From: Azolla caroliniana
Taxonomy: Eukaryota > Plantae > Polypodiophyta
Length of the DNA stretch: 7,393 nt
Assembly (NCBI GenBank): GCA_043228905.1
Contig: JBHGNT010001489.1
Span: 1 to 7,393, forward strand
Direction: 5' to 3'
The translations under genes and the position numbers were made by a program. The notes beneath the pieces are model-generated. The model worked only from the letters and a program-made list of their open reading frames with translations. It was not told the DNA's origin and did no database searches. Every line of letters begins with the position of its first letter. The stretch's first letter is position 1. This document shows, piece after piece, positions 1 to 7,393 of the stretch.

Positions 1-816
1 ATCGGTGGTGTGGGCTAGGCCTTCGTCACTACAATTGTGTTATCTCTTCTAAGGTATTAGTCATCCTAATATCCATCAATATGGGACATTGGTGGTAGGT
101 TGGTTATATCTTGATCATAACTTAGGGTGATTGGGTGGAACAAGTTCATCTATCCAATCTATTTACCTTTATATTTACTTTAATTTGGTCTATTGTTTAG
201 CAATAGATGCTTAACATTGGCATCTAAGCATTTACTAACAATTTTTTTTGATGTTATTTTGATGTTTTTGTGTGAGCGATGGGGATCTAATATGGCTCGT
301 CATGCTCTTCTCAGGATCAAAACAACATTCCAAACCCGATATTTTTATTTCTTCATCTCTCTCTTCTTTTCTATGATGCCTTATTTTGATCGAATAAAAA
401 TTGGTATTATGATTTCTTTTCTTTCTTTATTCCTTATGTTGGTATGACATGTTTTGTCAGTGTGAGATTCTACCAACAATAATAATTATCATTGTGCATG
501 GGGTCAAGCGTGTTTGCACTAATCACACATGCTCAACTCTTGACCCTTTTTGCATATTGTGTTGTCTCTCCCTCTATTGAGCCATCTCTTGGCCAATTCT
601 ATGGCATGCAGTGATCTTGATGAGGTGCATGTCGACTACCCTAGGGCTTCTTACCTTAGGGCATGCTTAATGTTTCACAAACACCTATTTGGTTATTATT
701 ATTATTATTTTCTAATTACACTATTTGTCTTCACACTTTCTTCAAAATTTCATCTAATTTCCTTCTACCCATCCATACTTAAGTCTCTTTTTTACCCTTA
801 ATTTCAACATCATTTA

Positions 817-905
817 GTTCCCATAGCCGAAATGGTGAAAGCTTCTGCAACAAAAGCTACTAAGCTTCTTTACATGCTGTCAAAGTGTGAGGGTTCAATC
901 TAATC
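817..905 (+). other. Possible degenerate tRNA-derived SINE head (Pol III A/B boxes)
   Basis: A-box-like TAGCCGAAATGG (824-835) and B-box-like GGGTTCAATC (891-900). Spacing is longer than in a standard tRNA and no cloverleaf is evident. Confidence 0.25.
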
Positions 906-952
906 CTCTACAGCTGACATCCGTTGTGACACAAAGTCAAGAAGCTGCCAAC

Positions 953-1392
953 AAACCGTTTGTCACTGAACCGTTAAATTTGTTTGAAACATGGACCAAA
1001 CCGAACTGAACCACGAAACCGTTAAACCGAACCGTTAAACATTTTTCAAACCATTAAACCATTAAACCGTAAAAACCGTGGTTTCGTGGTTTGCTTTCGG
1101 TTTTCAACATAGGTCAAATTTTTAAAAATTTTAAGATGTTCCTAAAATGTGAGAATAATGTCTAAAAATGAAAAGATTGTTTAAAACCAATTTTTACATT
1201 TTTTTAAAATTTTAAATTTTTTTTAAAATAATAACTATTAAATCGTTTAAACCGCGGTTTTTTACTGTTGAAACCGAACAGAAACCGAACCGAACCGTTA
1301 ATACAAACCTAAACCTGAACCGAACCGTTGAAACCGTTAAGTTGTTAAACCGCGGTTTCGCGGTTCGGTTCAGTTCAAACTGAACCGTTGCC
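953..1392. mobile_element. AACCG-motif-rich non-autonomous DNA transposon-like segment (hAT/MITE-like), termini not resolved
   Basis: Two clusters of AAACCG/GAACCG/CGGTT motifs (about 953-1102 and 1245-1392) surround a very AT-rich core. This resembles the subterminal transposase-binding arrays of plant hAT elements. No clear TIR pair or 8-bp TSD was found. Confidence 0.55.
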
Positions 1393-1565
1393 GATTGTTA
1401 GTGGCGATCATGTGTGCCTATGAGGCGGCGAACATACATGTATCCAAACCATGCTATATAGACATGTATTTGAGTATTGATGAACCATTCTGGTTCAACG
1501 CTAGTCTCCAGCATATTCTTGTAAACCTTGCTCTCGTTATTAATACATTATCAAATTCTTACCCA

Positions 1566-1591
1566 TCTCTCTCTCTCTCTCTCTCTCTCTC
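1566..1591 (+). repeat. (TC)13 microsatellite
   Basis: Perfect dinucleotide run read directly. Confidence 0.97.
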
Positions 1592-1608
1592 TTGTAATGA
1601 CTCTTTTT

Positions 1609-1723
1609 GCCGTTGTCGTTGCCGTCTGCTACCATCGTCACCGCCGTTGTCTGTTGTTGTTGTCGCCTGCTATCGTCGTCGTCGTCTGCAGCCGCCATCG
1701 CCTGTTGTGTCGTCGTTGTCGTT
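1609..1723 (+). repeat. Degenerate trinucleotide repeat (GTC/GTT/GCC)n
   Basis: ccgttgtcgttgccgtc...gttgttgttgtcgcc...cgtcgtcgtcgtc...gtcgtcgttgtcgtt. Confidence 0.85.
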
Positions 1724-1740
1724 TAGTCCTTAACCGTTTA

Positions 1741-2163
1741 GTTAAAATAGAAAAATGGGCGAAAGAGATTGAAGCTTAAAAACAAAAAGATAAGGAAGAA
1801 AAAGAAGTGCTTATTGCTGAAATAACAAAACTTAAAGTAGACAACACGAACCTTCAGAAACTAGTCAAGGACCTTGAGACATCTAGGGAAGATGGTGAAA
1901 TATCTTCCCTAGAGGATATTAAGGACAAGATCAAAAAGGTTAAGGAAGAGGTTAAAAGCGATATGGAATTAGCAAAAACTAGGTGGGTTGATGTAATAAA
2001 ACGTAATATTAAAAAGGAACTAAAGGATGAAAATATTGTAAACACTACCCTTGAGGAGGAAAAAATGCGTCAAGCTCGATGCCTAAATGTATGAGTTACT
2101 AGGCTCAAGGAAGGGGCATCTCCTGACGAAGATGCACAAACATTAGGGAAAATGTTGGTGTGA
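1741..2163 (+). pseudogene. Decayed coiled-coil ORF, probably a LINE (non-LTR retrotransposon) ORF1-like remnant, truncated by the copia insertion
   Basis: One frame reads VKIEKWAKEIEA*KQKDKEEKEVLIAEITKLKVDNTNLQKLVKDLE...WVDVIKRN...EEEKMRQARCLNV*VTRLKEGASPDEDAQTLGKMLV. A coiled coil followed by R..NV(R)VT.LKE resembles the RRxNIRIxGLPE entry to the L1-type ORF1 RRM. Stops at 1777 (TAA) and 2092 (TGA). Family assignment is by motif resemblance only. Confidence 0.5.
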
Positions 2164-2336
2164 ATGTTAATGTGCGGAAGCGTCAGACAGAACCGGCTCA
2201 GCCGGATAGCAACAGAAAATGAGATGAAGGTTTAATGGAAAAGCTTAAAACACAGAGGAGACAGAGAGAGCAGAACAAAAAACTATATTAAGAAATTAAC
2301 TCTAAAACTCTGTACATACAACGTGCTAAACAACAC

Positions 2337-2344
2337 TATTTATA
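2337..2344 (-). promoter_or_regulatory. Putative TATA box of the host 3' LTR
   Basis: TATAAATA on the minus strand in the same conserved block. Confidence 0.6.
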
Positions 2345-2412
2345 CAAGTCCATAAAGGAATGAAAGGTACTTCAATGCTCACACGTGCGATTGACACTAA
2401 CTACGAGACAAT

Positions 2413-2815
2413 TGTTGAGAGACAAGCTCAACATCGGCCGGATCGGCTGAAGAAGCCGAGGACCGGATCAGTTGGGACCGATCGATCAGGCCGAGTGCGT
2501 AAACCGGGAGGCCATTAGGAAAGATATTCCGTGAGGAATATATTTGGGAGTTAGTGTAGGAGCTCTTAAAGAGCATTGAAGTACGGTCAGTACTTCGGTC
2601 AGTCCTTCGAGGACTTGTATAAAAGTGTTCATGAAACACACATATGTATAGAGTAGTGAATCGAGATTTTTCGTTGAATATAGTTCTTGTGTTTTCTCTC
2701 TCTCACTCTCTCTATCTCTCCCGCGTATACTGCGTAAGCTCAAGCTCTCCATTAAACCTGAGTTTCCTTCCTTCTGTTCGGTCTTCATACTTGCTTCCGC
2801 ATGTTCCTTTTAACA
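2413..2815 (+). mobile_element. Solo LTR (403 bp) of a related copia family, inserted in opposite orientation within the 3' LTR
   Basis: Begins TGTTGAG and ends TTAACA. Flanked by a perfect 5-bp TSD ACAAT (2408-2412, 2816-2820). Shares blocks with the host LTR in the same order: CAAGCTCAAC, GGCTGAAGAAGCC, AGTTAGTGT, GAGCATTGAAGTAC, GGACTTGTATAAA, AATATAGTT, TCCATTAAACCT, GCTTCCGCA. Confidence 0.92.
2618..2624 (+). promoter_or_regulatory. Putative TATA box of the solo LTR
   Basis: TATAAAA within the block GGACTTGTATAAA(T)AGTGTT, conserved between the two diverged LTRs. Confidence 0.6.
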
Positions 2816-2961
2816 ACAATGATTACCTAGTAGTCTAGGCTACTACTAGGCTTCCGGTTCCCGCTTGAATCCGGCTCTCCGATCCGACTGGTTGTTTTCG
2901 GATACCGATCCGACGCAGGCTTCTTCAGCCAATCCATCCGGTTGAGCTTGCTCGCTCAACA

Positions 2962-2970
2962 CTCCCCCTC
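2962..2970 (-). promoter_or_regulatory. Polypurine tract (PPT) adjoining the 3' LTR
   Basis: Minus strand reads CTTGAGGGGGAG immediately followed by TGTTGAG (LTR start at 2961). Confidence 0.9.
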
Positions 2971-3567
2971 AAGCTCAACTTGAGGTCAAATCATGGTGTT
3001 AGTGTCCGCGGCAGCCGATTCTTCTACCTGGCTCCTTCTAGCGTTGCTCCGCTTCGCTCGCGTTCCTCGTCCGGTCCAGTCTTGTTTGCCGCGACCCTTT
3101 TGGTTCTGTGCACCTCGACCTCCTCGGTCGTCTTGACTGCTCAACAGGCCCATTTCAGCTCCCTCGCTGCTACGACTCCGGCGTGTGTCAACCCGTCGGT
3201 TCCTTCGTGTTGGCTTCAACTTCCGCTGCGTCTGTGTTTGCTTGGCCTTTAGTTGATCCAGTTTCGCCGAATCTTGAATCGAATCGGTTTCCTTCGGTTC
3301 GTTCTAGCTCTTGTCCGAGTCGGTGTTCTCCAACTCATCTTCCGGTTTTAGGCCCTTCACCACACCGGGCCACGTCCGGGTCTTGGCCGTTTTCTTCCGG
3401 TCGGCTCTGTCCTTCTTGACTCTGCCGCCGTTGCCGCTTGTTTCGACCTTTTCGGATGTGCCGACTCCTTCGGTCGGCTCGACTTCCTTTTTCCTCTTGT
3501 CTCCCCCTTTGTTGGTTCTTTCTTCCTCTCCGGCTCCTTGTCCGGTGCCATCCGTTCCCTTTCCTTT

Positions 3568-4060
3568 TCTCCCCCTCAAGTGTGGCACGTCAAGATGCTG
3601 AACACCAAGCATTTCGGTGAAGTGTTGCAACTTGTCCGATCCGAGCGGTTTGGTGAAGATGTCCGCAATTTGCCGATCCGTCTGAACATACCGAAGTTCT
3701 ATTTCACAGCTCAAAACCCGCTCACGCACAAAGTGATAATGGACTTCTATGTGCTTCGTTCGAACATGGAACACGGGGTTCTTGGCAAGCTGAATGCTGG
3801 TCATGTTGTCACAATAGATCAGGATCGGGGTCAGGACCTCAATCTGCAGGTCTTGCAGCAGTTGCCGAAGCCAGATGGTTTCATAGGTGGCATTGGTAGC
3901 GCCCCGATATTTAGCCTCAGTGCTCGATAGAGCCACTGTTGGCTGCTTTTTGGTGCTCCACGCAACAATCACGCTACCCAGAGAAAACATGTAACCGGAG
4001 GTGGATCGGCGATCCGATGCATTATCAGCCCAGTCGGCATCAGTACATCCGACTAGCTTC
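3568..4060 (-). pseudogene. pol: RNase H domain (Ty1/copia type); boundaries approximate
   Basis: TDADWA, DRRSTSGY, VALSSTEAKY (normally EAEY), YCDN, KHIEVHYHFVRE, QIADIFTKPL, ending HLRGR. Confidence 0.95.
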
Positions 4061-4203
4061 CCAGCTATACCGTGTCGGTAAAACAATACCCAGTCCTTCA
4101 TGCCGCTCACATACTGGAGTATCCGGTGTGCGCACTGAAGGTGCTCAACGGTCGGCTTCTGCATGAACTGGCTGATCACTCCGACTGGGTAACTGAGGTC
4201 GGG

Positions 4204-5110
4204 TCAAGTGATTGTTAAGTATATCAGGCTTCTGACGATTTGTTGGAACTGTTTCTCATCGCAGGCCGGTCCGGAGTTGGGACAAAGCTTCTGGTTACGG
4301 TCTAGGGGTGTGGAGACAGGTCGGCATTCCGTCATACCGAACTTGTACAACATATTCAACACATAGTGTTGTTGTGAGAGCAATATGTCGTCGGGGGTTC
4401 GGATCACCTCGATCCCAAGAAAATAAAGAAGGTCCCCCAAGTCCTTCATTTCAAATGCGTTCGATAGTTGGGACTTTACTCGACCGATTTCATTGAGTCC
4501 GGGTTCGGTGATGACTAAATCATCAACATAAAGTAGGATGTAAACCGAACCATCTGGATTTTGCCGGATGAACAACGACGAGTCGGATTTAGAGGTGACA
4601 AACCCCATCTTACGCAACCAGTGCGTGATCTTTGCATTCCAAGCTTGGGGGGCTTGTTTCAGACCGTGAAGCGACTTCTTGAGCCGGCACACCGCCGACT
4701 TGTTCATCTCCGGCTGAAAACCAGGAGGTTGGATCATATAGACCCGTTCTTCAAGGTCACCTTGAAGAAACACATTCTTCACGTCCATCTGGTGAAGATG
4801 CCACCCCCTTGCCGCAACAACCACCACTACCACACGAATCGTTGTCATCTTCGCTACCGGGGCGAAGGTCTCGTCGTAATCGATTCCCTGGGTCTGTGCG
4901 TATCCCTTTGCCACTAACCGGGCCTTGTACCGGTTAACCGAACCGTCACCATTGTATTTTACCTTGTACACCCATTTGCAACCGATCGGTTTACTGTGTC
5001 GGGGAGGGTCAACGAGGTCCCATGTGTCGTTGGCATCTAGTGCCCGCATTTCTTCCTCCATAGTGGCATGCCAATTTGTGTCCTTTGCCACTTCTGCGTA
5101 GCTCTCCGGC
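4204..5110 (-). pseudogene. pol: Reverse transcriptase domain (copia RVT_2 type); boundaries approximate
   Basis: TWDLV, IGCKWVYKVK, YKARLVAKGY, ETFAPVAK, HQMDVKNVFL, LKKSLHGLKQAP, LLYVDDL (YVDD at 4519-4530), MKDLG..YFLGIEV. The TGA at 4204 falls in the conserved T(R)PD motif. Confidence 0.97.
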
Positions 5111-5599
5111 TCACACACTTCCTCCACCTTAGTCATGAATGCATAATGATGCACCATGTACTCATTGGACCCATACCGCGTAACGGGGTTCTTCAGGTGG
5201 GAAGACCGACGTAACTTGGTATTACCTAGTTTGGGGCCCTTCTTGGCTAGGTCGGACTTCGTTCTCGAAGATCCGCCTTCATCCTTTCTGTAGTCGGATT
5301 CGCTCCGATCCGACTCAACGTTGCCGGTTTCATATTCCAACATCTTCTTCTTCCCCTTCTCTTTGCGTGTGAACCGTCTCCTCGGTTCCTTGCGCGGGGA
5401 GAGCATGACAGAGTCTCCATTACTCGCCGGTTCCTCATCCGATTGGTCATCCCGACTCAGTCGCTCATTCGGTCCTCTTAGCCGGAATGAGATCGGACTC
5501 TCTTCTAGAGTGCCGAAGTCTTCATCTTCTACCTAGATCTCCTCGGGCTCATTAGCCTTATCTTCCGGAATCGGGTCTTCTTCGGGAGTTGGAGTCGGT

Positions 5600-6470
5600 A
5601 AGGAGTACCATGATGCCGTCTCATCAAACTCGACATCTTGGCTTACTCGGACATGCTTAGTTCAGGGGTTATAACACTTATACCCCTTTTACTCATGCGA
5701 GTAACCGACTAAAATGCAGTTCTCCGACTTCGGATCCAGCTTCCTCCGCTTCTCATCCGGTACATGCACATATGGTATGCTACCGAATATCCGAAGGTGT
5801 CTCAAATTCGGCTTTCACCCGAAATACAGCTCATGTGCTGACACCTTGTCACCAATACGGTTTTGGATGTAGACGGTCATTCGGACCGCCTCAGCCCAAT
5901 AGAAATGGGGCATGCTCTTCTCCTCTAGCATTGCCCTTGCCGTGTCAACAATTGACCGGTTCTTCCTTTCAGCCACACCATTTTGCTCCGGTGTGTACTT
6001 GCACCTGAATTCTCACCGAATTCCGTTTTACGGTAGATAACTGTTGAATTGGCCGAAAAAGTATTCTTTCCCACCATCCGACTGCAGGCACTTGATCTTC
6101 CTCTCCGTTTCCTGTTCAACCAAGCTTTGAAGGTTCCGGAAACACTCGAAGACTTCACTCTTCCTCTCGATGAGGTAGATCCACATGTGCCGGCTGTAGT
6201 CGTCAATGAAGGAGATGAAATACCGACTCCCGCCAAGACTAACGTTTTGTGCTGGTCCCCATACATCCGAATGGATTAAGTCGAGCTTGTTATGGCTCCG
6301 GTTTCGATCGGTGGGGAATGGAAGCTAGTGTTGCTTCCCGAGTTGGCAGGCTTCACAAATTTCGGCCTTCCGACCGCTAAATTTCGGCAAACCGAAAACG
6401 ACTTGTTTCGATTGCAGGTCTTGAAGCCTCCGATAATTAACGTGGCCGATCCGCTTGTGCCACAGGTCGC
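5600..6470 (-). pseudogene. pol: Integrase domain (HHCC + DDE core + GYK motif), multiple stops; boundaries approximate
   Basis: Translated manually: LWHKRIGH (WH..H at 6442-6462), CEAC (6346-6357), LIHSDVWGP (D at 6265-6267), FIDDYSR, SDGGKEY (D at 6076-6078), TPEQNGVAERKNR (E at 5968-5970, D-35-E spacing), WAEAV, KLDPKS, VGY..*KGYKCY. Confidence 0.95.
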
Positions 6471-6579
6471 TGTCCAATTCGATCTTCTACCCTTTCGCAA
6501 ACATAGCGGTGCCGACATCATTAGTGTTGAGGATGAACATCCTCCCGTCTTTGTGCCCTTGTGCAATTATCTGGCCTTC

Positions 6580-6870
6580 TTCCTCAATGAAGCACCCTAG
6601 GTGCGTAAACCGCACCTGCATCCCCTGGTCGACGATTTGTCCAACTGACACCAGGTTCTTTGTGATAGTCGGAACGTGTAGTATGTTCATAAGCTTCCCC
6701 TTTTGTCCGACATGGCTTAAAGGGACTTCTCCGACATGCATAATCGGGTGAGGGGTGTCGTCTCCGGTTTTGACAATTCCCGGTTGTTCCGGTTTCTCCA
6801 AAAAAGAGAACCACTCTTCATGGTTCGTCATGTGGTTGGATGCTCCAGAATCAACGTACAATACTTCCTC
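6580..6870 (-). pseudogene. pol: Aspartic protease domain of copia pol (boundaries approximate)
   Basis: LYVDSGASNHMT (DSG at 6844-6852), followed by NILHVPTITKNLVSVGQI and GCFI, typical of copia PR. Confidence 0.92.
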
Positions 6871-7047
6871 CGATCCAGAAGTAGTCTTCTTCATCGAGTT
6901 AGCCTTGTGTTTCATCACGAAGGCTGGCCCTTTATCGGTTTTCTCGGTTCCGGATCCTTCCGATCCTTTCGCGTAGTGCGAGATTTGCCGGTTCTCCCGG
7001 CCGGTTTTGCCGAATCCAGATTTGTCCGAATTGGCACGCTTCTTCCA

Positions 7048-7392
7048 GCACTCTCTTTCCATGTGGCCCTTTTTGCCACAATACTAGCATTCCCTGTCGG
7101 CCTTTCCTTGCCGGTTCTCGGCGCCGCTTTGAAATCCCCTGCTTGTGGAGGGTCCGGAATTGCTATCGGCACACCCTTTGTGCCTCCGGTCTTGCTCTTG
7201 TCGGCCGCCTCCATTGCATGTCGACCCTCCTCGTCCACCACGTCCATGGGGCCGATCTGTCTCCGTGTACAGCATCCGGCCGTCCGATTGAGTGGTCCTT
7301 GACCCACTCGTGTGGTTTTCTTCGACCATCAGCATCGATTGCAAGTCGAAGAAAGACGATGGTTTCTCTCGGGTGCAGATTGCTGTCCGGAC
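7048..7392 (-). pseudogene. gag: gag C-terminal region with zinc knuckle
   Basis: Reads ...SFFDLQSMLMVEE..., then an RGGRGG-containing linker, then C*YCGKKGHMEREC (CX2CX4HX4C at 7048-7089). The TAG at 7084-7086 most simply derives from TGG. Confidence 0.9.
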
Positions 7393-7393
7393 T

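Larger units (their letters stand above)
2165..2961 (-). repeat. 3' LTR of the copia element (389 bp once the nested solo LTR and one TSD copy are removed: 2821-2961 + 2165-2412)
   Basis: Starts TGTTGAG right after the PPT and ends GCTTCCGCACATTAACA at 2165 (TGTT...AACA termini). Contains TATAAATA (2337-2344), a CT-rich stretch and ATTAAA (2231-2236). Colinear with the nested solo LTR. Confidence 0.88.
2986..7392 (-). pseudogene. gag-pol: Copia gag-pol polyprotein, single frame, inactivated by in-frame stops
   Basis: ORFs 7084..7344, 6487..7062, 4204..5406, 3304..4179 and 2986..3219 are all in the same frame. Manual translation of the gaps stays in frame. Stops at 7084, 6487, 6325, 6028, 6013, 5815, 5689, 5662, 5533, 4204, then 3304 and 2986. 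Confidence 0.93.
2165..7393 (-). mobile_element. Ty1/copia LTR retrotransposon (3' portion; 5' LTR, PBS and gag N-terminus lie beyond the window end)
   Basis: Minus-strand domain order gag(CCHC)-PR-IN-RT-RH is diagnostic of copia. It is followed by PPT GAGGGGGAG and an LTR starting TGTTGAG and ending TTAACA. Confidence 0.97.

Noticed and set aside
496-555. Inverted repeat GGGTCAAG...CTTGACCC as a pre-miRNA or MITE
   Set aside because: Only an 8-bp stem with a poorly pairing interior, compatible with chance.
193-801. ORFs 193..447 and 550..801 as small membrane proteins
   Set aside because: TTG starts, F/L/I/Y content explained by T-rich DNA, and no motifs.
953-1392. CRISPR array, iterons or telomeric repeat (AAACCTAAACCT near 1305)
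   Set aside because: No constant repeat-spacer period, eukaryotic TE context, and no true (CCCTAAA)n run.
1395-1733. 112-aa ORF with SLSLSL and poly-R/V/P
   Set aside because: Translation of microsatellites.
2153-2164. Alternative LTR boundary at TGTTGG (2153)
   Set aside because: Homology with the solo LTR end (GCTTCCGCA...TTAACA) favours 2165, and the upstream ORF reads naturally through 2153-2160. Only the 5' LTR can settle it.
2980-3252. Hydrophobic plus-strand ORF as an env-like or antisense membrane protein
   Set aside because: It is the antisense shadow of the purine-rich K/E/R extension, has a non-ATG start and shows no independent motif.
3304-3306. Programmed stop-codon readthrough as in SIRE1
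   Set aside because: The downstream context AACGAA is not CARYYA, and the element has ten other decay stops, so simple mutation or a true terminus is more parsimonious.
3311-7302. Numerous plus-strand and alternate-frame ORFs overlapping pol (e.g. 3538..3930, 4561..4917, 6292..6600, 6736..7302)
   Set aside because: Expected shadow ORFs of a GC-balanced coding frame, with no recognisable domains.

Overview
Eukaryotic (land-plant-like) nuclear DNA made mostly of nested transposable elements, with no recognisable host gene. The right ~5.2 kb (2165 to the window end, minus strand) is a Ty1/copia LTR retrotransposon: gag end with CCHC knuckle, protease, integrase, RT, RNase H, PPT and 3' LTR. Its 5' part lies outside the window. 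The polyprotein stays in a single reading frame with no frameshift but carries 10 premature stops. It continues past the usual RNase H end (HLRG, which overlaps a PPT-like tract) for about 193 more charged, low-complexity codons up to a second identical PPT. The 3' LTR is interrupted by a 403-bp solo LTR of a related family in the opposite orientation (TG...CA, 5-bp TSD ACAAT). The copia element itself appears inserted into a decayed coiled-coil ORF resembling LINE ORF1 (about 1741-2163), which is preceded by microsatellites. Further left are an AACCG-rich non-autonomous DNA-transposon-like (hAT/MITE-like) segment (about 953-1392) and a possible tRNA-derived SINE head (about 817-905). Bases 1-800 are AT-rich and unassigned.
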